A stretch of DNA of 63,994 nucleotides, filler included. It is 12 parts of 12 records of this genome, joined end to end, with 100 filler letters (N's around TTAATTAATTAA, not from the genome) between each part and the next. Parts side by side here need not be neighbours in the genome. Positions count along the whole stretch, not along the records: positions 54,666 to 60,191 come from SRR7504441_17778; positions 60,292 to 63,994 come from SRR7504441_17782; 10 more parts are not named here. One strand, given 5' to 3'. Positions 54,666-63,994 of the stretch are shown here, in pieces. Every line of letters starts with the position of its first letter. Position 1 is the first letter of the stretch. Below the pieces are notes generated by a model that had not been told where the DNA came from, did not search any database, and saw only the letters and a program-made list of their open reading frames with translations. Made by a program: the position numbers and the translations under genes.

Positions 54666-57642
54666 GACCAGGAGCTCAGCTTCGGGGTGCGGATGCGCGA
54701 CCTACCGATCACGGCCAGCCTGCACGTGTCCGGCCGCCCGGCGCAGCCCACCGCCGGCCAGGTGGAACTCTCGGCGGTGATCGGCCCGTCGCGCAGCGCG
54801 GTGCTGGCCCGGACCAGCTGCCGGCTGTTCGGCAAGAACGACACACTCAAGCGGGGACGGTGGCCGCAGACCCAGGCGCGCTGAGCCATCGGACAGGCGC
54901 AAGTTGCTGCTGATGACTCCCGAGCAGGGTGCGTTGGATCGCCGGCCGGGGCGAGCTGCGGTGGGCAGAGGCGGCATACAAAGAGCGGCCAGTGGATGAG
55001 AGGGGGCACATCGAGAAGATGCTAAAGCGGCTGGCCGTGGGTGCGGGCGGGCAGCCGACGGTGTGGCGAGCTGGGCCACAGGCAAGATCCCCAAAGTGCC
55101 CTGGCTGGACACAATGACGCTCAGCCAAATAGAAGAGATGGGCAAGACCGAGCCAATAGGGCGCGCTGGCGGCTCGGGGGCTGAGCGCGAGCTGGGGGCA
55201 GTCGGGACCGGCTGTACTTGATGCTGGAGGTGCACTGCAAACAGAAGGACCTGGCAGTGGTGTACCAGGCAGATGGAGGCTTGACAGGCCTCAGCCCGGC
55301 TGCAGGTGGCAGAGAAGCCGGTCTCACTCCCGACCGAGTGGTGCCCGATCGCCGACCCGGAGGCCATCTGCGAGAATCCGATCGAGGCGCCTCCCGCTGC
55401 GCAGCCCCGCTCACGCATGCTGCCAGGTCAAGAGCGTCATGTGTGTGCGGCACATTTCGTCGGAGGTGAGCCCCGCGGCCGGGCTGGCCGTGAAGGCTCC
55501 GGCCAGGACTCGCACCCGAACTCGCTCGAGAGGGGCGAGCTGGAGCGGCTGGTCCGCCGACTGCCCACTCACGAAATCAACAAGTGCGCAATCGGCTGGT
55601 CCTTGGGGCGATCTTGGGGCAGGTTCCAGCAGCAGCTGATGTACAAGTATCGGCACTTCCTGAAGCGTGACCCCAGGGCGCTCGCCCCTTTCCTGCGGTA
55701 CGGTTGGTCCGACCGGCGGCTGATGCTGGGTGGGCGCAGATCTGTGGACTGGAGCGCAGTGCACACTTCAGTGGCCGATGAGGCAGCGCGCCCGGCTGTG
55801 GGTCTGACGGCAGGGCAGGTAGTAGAAATGGTCTGGACATGGAGCACACCAACCCCCGCCGACGCGCTGGAGCTGCTCGCCCACGAGCACACAGAGCCGA
55901 TGGTCCGCCGATACGCGGTTGGGGTGCTGAAGGTGACCCGCCGGATCAATTCGAGTGATTGAGTGGGCGGCAGGTCGCGTCCGATCAAGATCTGCAGATG
56001 TTCTTGCTTCAGGTACGCTTACCGGCCGTCCGGCAGTTGGCTGAGCACTGCTGGTGTTCCCAGCTGGTGCAAGCTATCAGATACGAGGCCGATGACCATT
56101 CGCCCTTGTCTGAGTTTCTGATGCAACGTGCGACCAGGCGAGCCAAGCGGCTGCCCGCCGGGCTTGAATGCTGCTCAAGGTCGCCAAAGCTGGCCAATTT
56201 CTTCTACTGGTACCTGTGTGTGGAGCAGGGGAACAAGGTGCCCAGGCGGGGCGGGGCTCCAGTTTAAGCTGGTGGCAGCTCAATCCAGGCCAGAGCGCTC
56301 GGTTCGCCAAGGTCCTCTCGCGGTTCATGGAGAGGGAACTGCCCGCGACCGCACAGGTGAGCTCAGGCCCGCACTCGACTGATGCACGCCCAGGGCCTAG
56401 AGATAAAAGAAAAGCTAGAGAGTGGCCAGAGATTGGTCGAGCTGTGCCGGTGCCAGCCTTGTCAGGCTCATCTGTCTAACTGGTTTTCAATCGGTCCAGC
56501 CACGCATTCAAGGCCACAGAGGAGATACGAGGCGGTGCCGAACGCAAAGCAGCTCTACGGGAACTGCTTGCAGCAGAGACCTCGGAGTTCGTGGAGATAA
56601 CAGACAGCGCTGAACTGATGATTCCAGTGACTGCTTGTGTGCGGCTGCGTCTGATGCGCCATCGCAGGTCCAACCAGAGTGGAGCGCGACCCAACTGCTG
56701 ACCGACAAGGTGTCCGGCCATTCCTCTCAAGTTCACCTGAGCCGCAGGCTTCAATTTGGGCGTCTGCCAACGCACCGCTTCGTATCGTGTTCCGATGCGC
56801 TGATGGAGCTGAGCGAGGCATCATGTACAAGGCTGGCGACGATCTGCGACAAGACCAGCTTGTGCTGCAGGCGCTCGGCACTCGCTCGGGTGGCAGTCGA
56901 CTGTGGGCCGGTGCAGGTGATCCAACTCTGCGACTTCCTACTCAAACGGGAGAACGTGGATCTCGAACTGATCACGTACAGTATCCTGGCCACGGATGTT
57001 TCAGAGGGGCTGGTGGAGCTGGTGCCAAACTCGCTTACCCTGTACGACATACAGAAGCAGAACGGGAGCATAATCAACTACCTGCAGCAGATGAACCCGC
57101 AACAGGAGGATCTCTCGCAGGTGCTCGAGCGCTACCTCAAGAGCTTGGCCGGGTTCTGTGTGATCACTTACTTGCTCGGGGTGGGCGATCGGCACCTTGA
57201 GAATCTGATGCTCACCACCGACGGACGGCTGTTCCACATCGACTTCGGGTATATTTTAGGCCGCAAGCCCTTCGCAGGCGCTGCCCAGACCCGTATTACG
57301 CACGAGATGATTGAGACGCTTGGCGGCTTCAACTCGGACGAATTCACGCGGTTCACGTCGTTCGCTAAAGAGACATTCAATTGCCTCCGTAAGCACGCCG
57401 GACTGATCATTAGGCTGTTGCTGATGATGAGCGATGCTGGTATTGTGAACGGGAACTCACCGCAGAACGACGATTTCTCCCCGAAGTACCTGCAAGAGAT
57501 ATTCGAGGCCCGGTTCTGGCCCTCAAAGAGCGACGAGGACGCTGCAGCAGAGTTTGAGCGGATTTTGGTGGACAGCCCGTATGTGCTCGGGTCGAGGCTG
57601 CACGACTTCTTTCATGACATCAAAGTCAGGAACAAGGGTTGA
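54666..57642 (+). CDS. VPS34: Class III phosphatidylinositol 3-kinase, 5'-truncated, intron-rich
   Basis: C2 region (RDLP, KVPWLD); helical domain (ENPIE, PRALAPFLR, DALELL, VRRYAV, QLVQAIRYE, ANFFYWYL); kinase domain (YKAGDDLRQDQLVLQ, SLAGFCVITYLLGVGDRHLENL, LFHIDFGYILGRKP). Confidence 0.95.
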
Positions 57643-57839
57643 TCAATTAAAACAATCTATTATAGCTACCTTTACTCGTGATACTGTATGAGAATTAATG
57701 AGAATCTCATTCTCTCATACAATCATACAAGTACCGCAAGATAACGAGAACTCGTGACATAATGATTAGTACCGGAGCCCCACGCTTGTCACTGCTCCAC
57801 AGTAATCGAACCAATAGCCGAACATCATATATGCTAGTC

Positions 57840-58400
57840 TCACGGCGCTTCGTGGTTGCACGGGGCAAATTCGTGGCAGCTGTTCTGCACCGGTCGGATC
57901 CTGCCCTCACCTTCGTACCGCACGTTGCACTGCTCGCAGAATGCTTCGCCGCCCGGCCACCTTTTGTCGGGCAGTGGACCAGGGCCACGGGCGCTGTCCT
58001 CCCGGACGTTCCTGGCATGATGCTGAACGTCGAAGAATTTCACACAGAAGTCCGGTCCGGCGATGGGCGAGAGCTCGAATCTTCCGGTCTCCTTCTCCCC
58101 GCGCTGTTCGCCGTGGTGGTCCTTGTATCGGTACCACTCGTAGCTGCCGTCGCGGCCCAGCGTGAACCGCACCCCGGCGTACGCGGCCCCGGCGCTAAAC
58201 ACCAGCTCCGGCTCGCCGTTTGCAAACAGCCGCGCCATGTGCCCCTCGCTCGCGCACCGGCCCAGCAGCAGCCGGCCGCAGCGCTCGGGCAGCAGCGCGG
58301 GAGGCGGTGGAACGCCGTCGTACAGGCTGGCCGCCGCGTCGTCGAGGTGCCGCGTGGCCGCCTCAAGGCGCGTGACCGGGGTGGCAGCGAGAGCACTCAT
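57840..58400 (-). CDS. Hypothetical protein
   Basis: 186-aa GC3-rich ORF flanked by AT-rich spacers, with a C-terminal CxxC...C...C. Confidence 0.6.
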   Translation of the reverse strand: MSALAATPVTRLEAATRHLDDAAASLYDGVPPPPALLPERCGRLLLGRCASEGHMARLFANGEPELVFSAGAAYAGVRFTLGRDGSYEWYRYKDHHGEQRGEKETGRFELSPIAGPDFCVKFFDVQHHARNVREDSARGPGPLPDKRWPGGEAFCEQCNVRYEGEGRIRPVQNSCHEFAPCNHEAP

Positions 58401-58562
58401 TGGACGGTACTCTAGTAGGACCACCGTAACGGCAATGTGAACTCGACCTGATTGTGACGGTGATACTGCACGCTGAGTCGCTGACGCTGTACTGACGCCG
58501 TAGTGCTATGATTGTTTGATTGTTTACTTTACATGTATAATGTTTTTACGTATGTACAGTAT

Positions 58563-60162
58563 TTATCCGGGTTTGTCGTTGTCCATCACGACGGCCTCGT
58601 CGTTGAATTCCTGAAGAGCGTGTGAGATAAAGCACGGCATAGGCACGCGCTGAAGGAGGCTCCATCGCATCTTCTTCCGACGTGGTGGGGCCATACTGGA
58701 TGCGTGCGGTGGGTTGTTTAGACTCAAGTCCAAACTGAGGCCTGAGCCTGCACCGACGTTGCAATCATTAATACTCAGCGGACTGCATGCTGAGTCATCG
58801 CGCCCGTCACACGGCTCGCACTGCACTTCGGTAGCTTCAGCAAAGGCTCCCTCCTCAAGTGGAGCCAGTGGTTGTGGTAACAGCGGCTCAACTCCGTCGG
58901 CCGGCCGAGCCCCGTAAAGCGAACGGGTGAAGACTTCCGGGGGGAAGCCGATCTCCGAGTTGTTGGGCGACCGGAGACATCGTTTGATTCCTAAATCATA
59001 CAGCAACGGATTGTACCGGTAGATTTCATTCAGCTGGTCTGCTTGCTCGCTGGTCAGAAAGCCAAGCCGAGCAAGCTTGTGAGTGTGCACCACCATATTG
59101 ACACACGGCACCGGGTAGTCCGAGCCGTAGACCAGCCTGTGGTGCAAGTCCCGCCTCTCCAGCAAATCTGCTGTGTACCGACCCACTCGCCGGAAGGCAA
59201 TGATGGCACTAATGTCCCCAAACAGCAGCCCGTCGTACCGAGACTCGCCCATCAGCCGGATAAACAAGTCAAAGTTCTCCACAGTCGGCTTGTCGTCGCC
59301 TGGCCAGTCCAGATCGAGATTCTCGCCTTCTGTGGCGCAGTGAGCGGCGATCACAGTCACACCCGCATCGAGCGCAGCCCGCAGACGTAGCGGGTTCCCC
59401 AGCGCATTGTCGACCCCTCCTGCATCGACGCTTGTCTCGTTGCCAGTGTGGCAGAGCAGCACTATGCCACGGGCTGCCATCAGCTCGTAGAACGGGCGGC
59501 AGCGGCGGTCGGACGGGTTTATGTTCATAGAATTCGGCAGCCACTTGATCATCCTCACCCCCTGATCGGCCAGCTGCCCCAACTGCGCCAGCCCGTCCCG
59601 ATTGTAAGGATGCACCGAGCCGCACGGCCAGCTAGACCCCGCGAACCGGCTGTGCAGCTCCAGAACGTACCGGTTCGGGGTGCAGAGGCCGGTGGCCGCC
59701 ATGTCCCGATGGCCGTCCTCGCTGTACGTCGCACTGAATGCGAGCATGCAGATCCGGCCGATGCAACCAGCGTGCCGCTGCAGCGTCATCAGCCGGGCAA
59801 CGTACTGCTCGTCCGCCTCGGCCCGTCGGTCCACCCCAGCGGCCTTGAGGAAAATGGAGAGTTTTGCCGCGTGGTACGGGTTGAGGGACGTCATCTTGGG
59901 ATGCACCGAGCAGCCGCTGCCCCCGCTGCCACTGCGCCCGGCTCAGCCTCCGGTCGGGCGGGGGCGCGCACAGTCCCAGGATGTGCACGTGGTGGTCTGT
60001 GACGGACTGGCCGCCGGGGAACTGTGTGAGGTTGTGCAGCAGCTGCCGGGCCCCGGGCGAGATCTGGCTCTGCATCTGGTCCGGCTCCAGGAAGCTGCCG
60101 GCCAGCGAGACAAAACTGCCCCCAGCTCAGCCCAGGCACAGCCCAGGCCAGCACTTTCCCAT
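58563..60162 (-). CDS. Amidohydrolase-family metallohydrolase (Amidohydro_2-like); 2 introns at the 5' end
   Basis: Spliced start MGNFVSLAGSF..., then DHHVH, SVHPY, MIKWLP, LLCHTGNE, VIAAHCA, LFGDISA and LVYGSDYP. Confidence 0.88.
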
Positions 60163-60191
60163 CCTGAGAGATCAGCGCCCGTTAAAACGGA

Positions 60192-60291
60192 NNNNNNNNN
60201 NNNNNNNNNNNNNNNNNNNNNNNNNNNNNNNNNNNTTAATTAATTAANNNNNNNNNNNNNNNNNNNNNNNNNNNNNNNNNNNNNNNNNNNN
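60192..60291. other. Artificial contig linker
   Basis: N44-TTAATTAATTAA-N44. Confidence 0.99.
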
Positions 60292-60409
60292 CAAATCTAA
60301 ATAAAGCTGAGATGAACGCCTCGATAGAATTCGAGAGCGGTTGCTTGTAGTATTAGGGACTAGATTGAGTGCGCATGTACGTCGACGTCATGGTAGCGAG
60401 GCCATTCGC

Positions 60410-62955
60410 TCACGGCTGTTTTTGAATTGATACTCCGTCTTGTGCGCTTGTGACCGTATATAAGCCACCCTTGATCCGCACACCACTCAGCGAGCCATTG
60501 AAGCCCCTCGGAATATTGGCATCTCGGATGAAGCTTGCAGGCTTGTCTCCATTGATTCCGGGCTCAACTCCGAACAGACCTGCGTACAAACAGTATAACT
60601 AATACTTACAAAGCCCATGCCAATTCCACTATAAATGCACACAACTATATAGTCGTGATAGTTTAGACCTGTTATGATGCGATTTGCTGGGACCGCCCCG
60701 GAGAGTTCAAAGAACTGCTGATCGGCCGCAGCTTTCATTGGGAGCTGGAGTTCCCTTCCGGCCTGGACAAACACTTGATGGGCTTGGCCACCAGGGCCGT
60801 CGTGATAGGCTCCGGCCATGCTTTGTACCATTGAGAGCGTCTCATTGTAACGAGCAAACAATGAAAGCGCTTGTAAGGTCTCACCGAGCCAGCCATCATA
60901 CGCACCGAGCGGCCCATGGTCTTTCCTGTTCGAGTTCGCCGACGGGACTTTGAGAGACGGATCTTGCAGCGAAAGCGCTCGCATCCAATGAGGTGTCTGC
61001 AGCTCTCGTTGCATGAACGCCACCATCGCATTCTGTTGGCTGGCAGAGAGGTCTTCCTTCAGCGAGGCTGCCACGGTGATGAAATCTATCACGTGTCTGA
61101 CTGGGACCACTGAACCGTCCGGCTGCTCACACTGCCAATATCCGCCCTCGTCCCCTTCCACAAACAGCTTCAACACTTGCGCCGAGAGCTGATCAGCCCA
61201 CTGTCGCAGCTGTTCGGCCTCGGGTCGGCTCGGGTTCACTGCAGCTGCAATTCTCATCATATGGCAGTTGGCTGCATTCAAGGAAGCTACTTTGTGCGTG
61301 TAGGTCGGTACACACTCCAGAAGGTTGGTGTTCTCTCCATAATCTGCCAGGCCGACAGTTGCATTCCCAGGCACAAGCTCACGCCACGCAGTAGCTGTCT
61401 GGTTCATCCATTGCCACACGGGCTTGCCTCCTATCAGGGTGCCGACACCACTCGGCAGCCACGAAGCAATTGTCTCCAGCGCTCGGAAAGCTTGCATGTC
61501 GTTGAAAGCATACCACTTGCCTACACCGGTGTTGCTCATCATGTCAAAGGCCAGCTCGCCGTGCAGCCCCTGTTCGCTAGTTAACCACTTGTCAACGTAA
61601 GAACTAAATATACTCGGCTGCAGCAACGTCAGCAGGATTGAGTTGAGAGTCGTGTCCCAAATGATCAGCTCAGCAACTGCACATACTGGCCCTCCCGTGG
61701 CAAAAATCGTCTGATTGTCCCACGGCCCGCCAGTTTGACTGGGTATGCCCACAACCTGCCTAGCATTGCCAAGAAGCGCCGCCACGTTCATGTAATAGAC
61801 TCGCTTGAGCTGACTGTCCTCTGTTGTGAGCACAGGAAGTTGCCCTTCAAATTTAAGCTTGGAAGGGACTGAGGGATCAAACACAGCGCCCCACCATGCC
61901 TGCCAATCATCACGCGAGGAGCTCCAAGCCGCGTCAAAGTGCTGCGCAATCGCGAGCACTTGGTTCGCCACAGCCTCAGTATCTCGTCCAATCGCCAGCG
62001 CCAATTCAATCACAAACGGCTCACTGAAATTGACTGCGTGCCAGTTCGCTGAGACCGTCGCACCATGCTCGTCTCGCTGCAACATTGGTGCGCTGGTGGC
62101 CACACTGAATGCAGCAGCCGAGCAAGCTGCCGAGCTACTGTCCTTAGTGACCACTGTGCCGCCCTGGACTGTCGCGACAAACCCCTGGGTCGATTGAGGC
62201 CGAACCACGTCCCATCCCCACGGCTTGCTCGTCTGCTCTGAAACCAGGGACGCGAGGCCAATTTGAATATCGACAGGCTGCCGCACGGAGGTGTTGCTAT
62301 GCCAGCCGAGCTCGAGCCGCATCAGCACCACCTGGTCATTGAAGCCCATCCGGACCTGCGACGAGCCCAGAAGCCAGCCGCCCGCGCTAGTCTGAAGCGA
62401 CGCGTTGCGCGAGATTTGATGAGGCATCCACTCGGTCTGCAGCCCAGTGGAGACGGCGCTGCTGGCGGCTGCATCTACCAGCAGCGCCCCAAACGAGGCG
62501 CCCGCATGTGGCAGGAGCAGGCCACCACCAGGGTCTCCGCACTTGCCCGCGAAAGGGGGAGCGGTGAAGCAGTCGAACGCCAGCAGGTCGCCGGTCCAGT
62601 CTGCGCTGAGCGTCCCCCCGGGGTTGGAGATGGTAGGCGCCTGCTGGAACGCGCCGTACGCCGTCTGGTTGGAAGCCCCCAGGCTCCCGCCGTTCGGGGC
62701 AAAGCACTCGCCCTGGTACGGACAGCAGCCGTAGTCCTCGCAGGGCGATCCGTCGCCGGGGCCCCACGGCGTGGTGCTAAGGTTACCGGCTGGGCACGGC
62801 TGCCGCTGGTCGGCCAGGGGTCGGCACATCCTTACCGTCTGCCAGTCGGATCGGAGGTCCTCGATTGCTGGCACCTGAGAGTGCACCGTCCGCGCCACCA
62901 GGAGCACCAAAACGGGCACGGCCGGCCAGCGCGCGAGCTGACCTCGCTGGAGCAT
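60410..62955 (-). CDS. Secreted six-hairpin glycosidase-like protein with an N-terminal trefoil-like Cys module; 1 intron (60580-60668)
   Basis: Signal peptide, CEDYGCCPYQGECF, IWDT, WYAFND, LADYG...LLECVPTY, WMRALS and DHGPLGAYDGW. The spliced last exon GLFGVEP...RGFNGSLSGVRIKG ends at TGA 60410-60412. Confidence 0.75.
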
Positions 62956-63210
62956 AGGACACTGCTGTCGAGGGTCGACGGTGCGAGGCCGGGTACCAAT
63001 TGCGAGTAACGGAATCGCAGTTCGACATTCACAGACGTGCAAAAGTATGTCGGACATTGGATGCCGAGCAAGTAGCGTGAATCGTCACCAACGCGAGCTC
63101 GAGACATGAGTGTAGTAGACCTACGTGTTTTATTGGTACGTATACAGGTTACTCGTAGCCTGAATTTATATTGTTAAAGCTACATAATTATCGTTGAGCA
63201 CCACGCGGCG

Positions 63211-63987
63211 TCACTCAGCCCGCCGCTCGCTCAGTGTGACATCCGGGTGCAGCTCGACCGCCTCCAGGCTGCGTGCCAGCCCGGCCGCCAGCTCCGACAT
63301 CTCGCCGGGCTCAAACTTCTCATGCCGCTGCCTCGGCACCATCACATCACCCGGCGGCAGCCCGCGCAGTGGCACCCCACCCACGTAGCAGTGCCCCGGG
63401 TCGCCGCGCCCGATCACGTGGACGTGCGGGGCGAACGGCTCGTGCGCGTTCCCCATCCGGATCGGCCGGGCGGTCTCTCCCGTTGGGAGCTCCACTGGCT
63501 CGCCGGCCTCGTGTGAGTTGTTCCCAAGCAGCTCGAGCGCCGGGTATATCCCGAGCCGCAGGTACGCGGCGGCCACCTGGCTGCTGGCCAACAGCACCGC
63601 CTCGTAGTCCCGCTGGCTCGGGACTCGGTTGAGCACCGCGGTGGGGTCGGTCCGGTCGGTCAGCGCGCAGATGACCGCGTAGCCTTCGGCCGACCTGACC
63701 AGGCACACCACCTCGCGGGACTCGCCCGGGGCGGACTGCACGCGCAGCACGCCGACGAAGTTGGGGGCGGTGCGGGGCAGCGCGCTACGGCACCAATGGG
63801 ACGGGTCGGAGTAGGATGTGCCTTTGGCCTGGAGCAGGTCGCGCCGGGCGACCAGAAGTGGATGGATGGTCGCGAGGGCGCGGCGGCGGGACAGCAACCG
63901 GAAGGTCAGCGCCGAGAGCCCCCCACCCAGCACCAGCCCCGACACCAGCCACGGCCACTTGCCCTCGCGCAGTGCCGGCCATTCCAT
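63211..63987 (-). CDS. HIT-like fold protein with an N-terminal TM anchor
   Basis: TM segment WLVSGLVLGGGLSALTF, and PHVHVIGR (HxHxx-type motif) preceded by LGNNSH. Confidence 0.6.
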   Translation of the reverse strand: MEWPALREGKWPWLVSGLVLGGGLSALTFRLLSRRRALATIHPLLVARRDLLQAKGTSYSDPSHWCRSALPRTAPNFVGVLRVQSAPGESREVVCLVRSAEGYAVICALTDRTDPTAVLNRVPSQRDYEAVLLASSQVAAAYLRLGIYPALELLGNNSHEAGEPVELPTGETARPIRMGNAHEPFAPHVHVIGRGDPGHCYVGGVPLRGLPPGDVMVPRQRHEKFEPGEMSELAAGLARSLEAVELHPDVTLSERRAE

Positions 63988-63994
63988 GGCTGTT

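Noticed and set aside
6160-60291. Recurrent TTAATTAATTAA palindrome within N runs
   Set aside because: Identical 100-nt artificial concatenation linkers with six-frame stops. ORFs running into X residues and gene neighbourhoods across linkers are artefacts.
1-63994. rRNA, tRNA, transposase or viral hallmark genes; taxonomic assignment
   Set aside because: None was recognised by eye, and small RNAs would need covariance-model searches. The protein style suggests a heterotrophic flagellate, but this cannot be supported without phylogeny.

Overview
This is eukaryotic (protist-type) nuclear DNA. It consists of 12 unrelated contigs joined by 11 artificial 100-nt linkers (N44-TTAATTAATTAA-N44), so adjacency across linkers has no biological meaning. 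The genome is compact and GC-rich. Head-to-head gene pairs have only 55-125 nt between ATGs. Most introns are about 36-46 nt, GC-rich, lack a polypyrimidine tract and often use GC-AG. Recognisable genes: 2H phosphoesterase (AKAP7-like), NCBP3, a DnaJ protein, an EF-hand protein, a TTLL11-like glutamylase, a membrane-anchored NEK-like kinase, mitochondrial ATP synthase OSCP, a Tweety/prominin-like protein, an EEP hydrolase, a sialidase fragment, an NlpC/P60-like protein, an alpha/beta hydrolase, a CobW/COG0523 GTPase, allantoinase, a U-box+Sel1 protein, VPS34, an amidohydrolase, two glycosidase-like secreted proteins and a HIT-like protein. The most striking signal is contig 33263-36895, which looks nearly non-coding in the ORF track. 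By hand it splices into one 634-codon minus-strand frame across 24 introns, and 18 of those introns are built from two shared repeat families. One is a tandem ATGCCGTT(A/G)A-type 10-11-mer present in both orientations; the other is a CCTAATTAGG palindrome with GTGTTAAGCTAG arms. I did not see either family in the introns of the other contigs, so this is a candidate intron-generating or intron-colonising repeat system. All gene models are manual, no database searches were run, and the taxon cannot be determined here.
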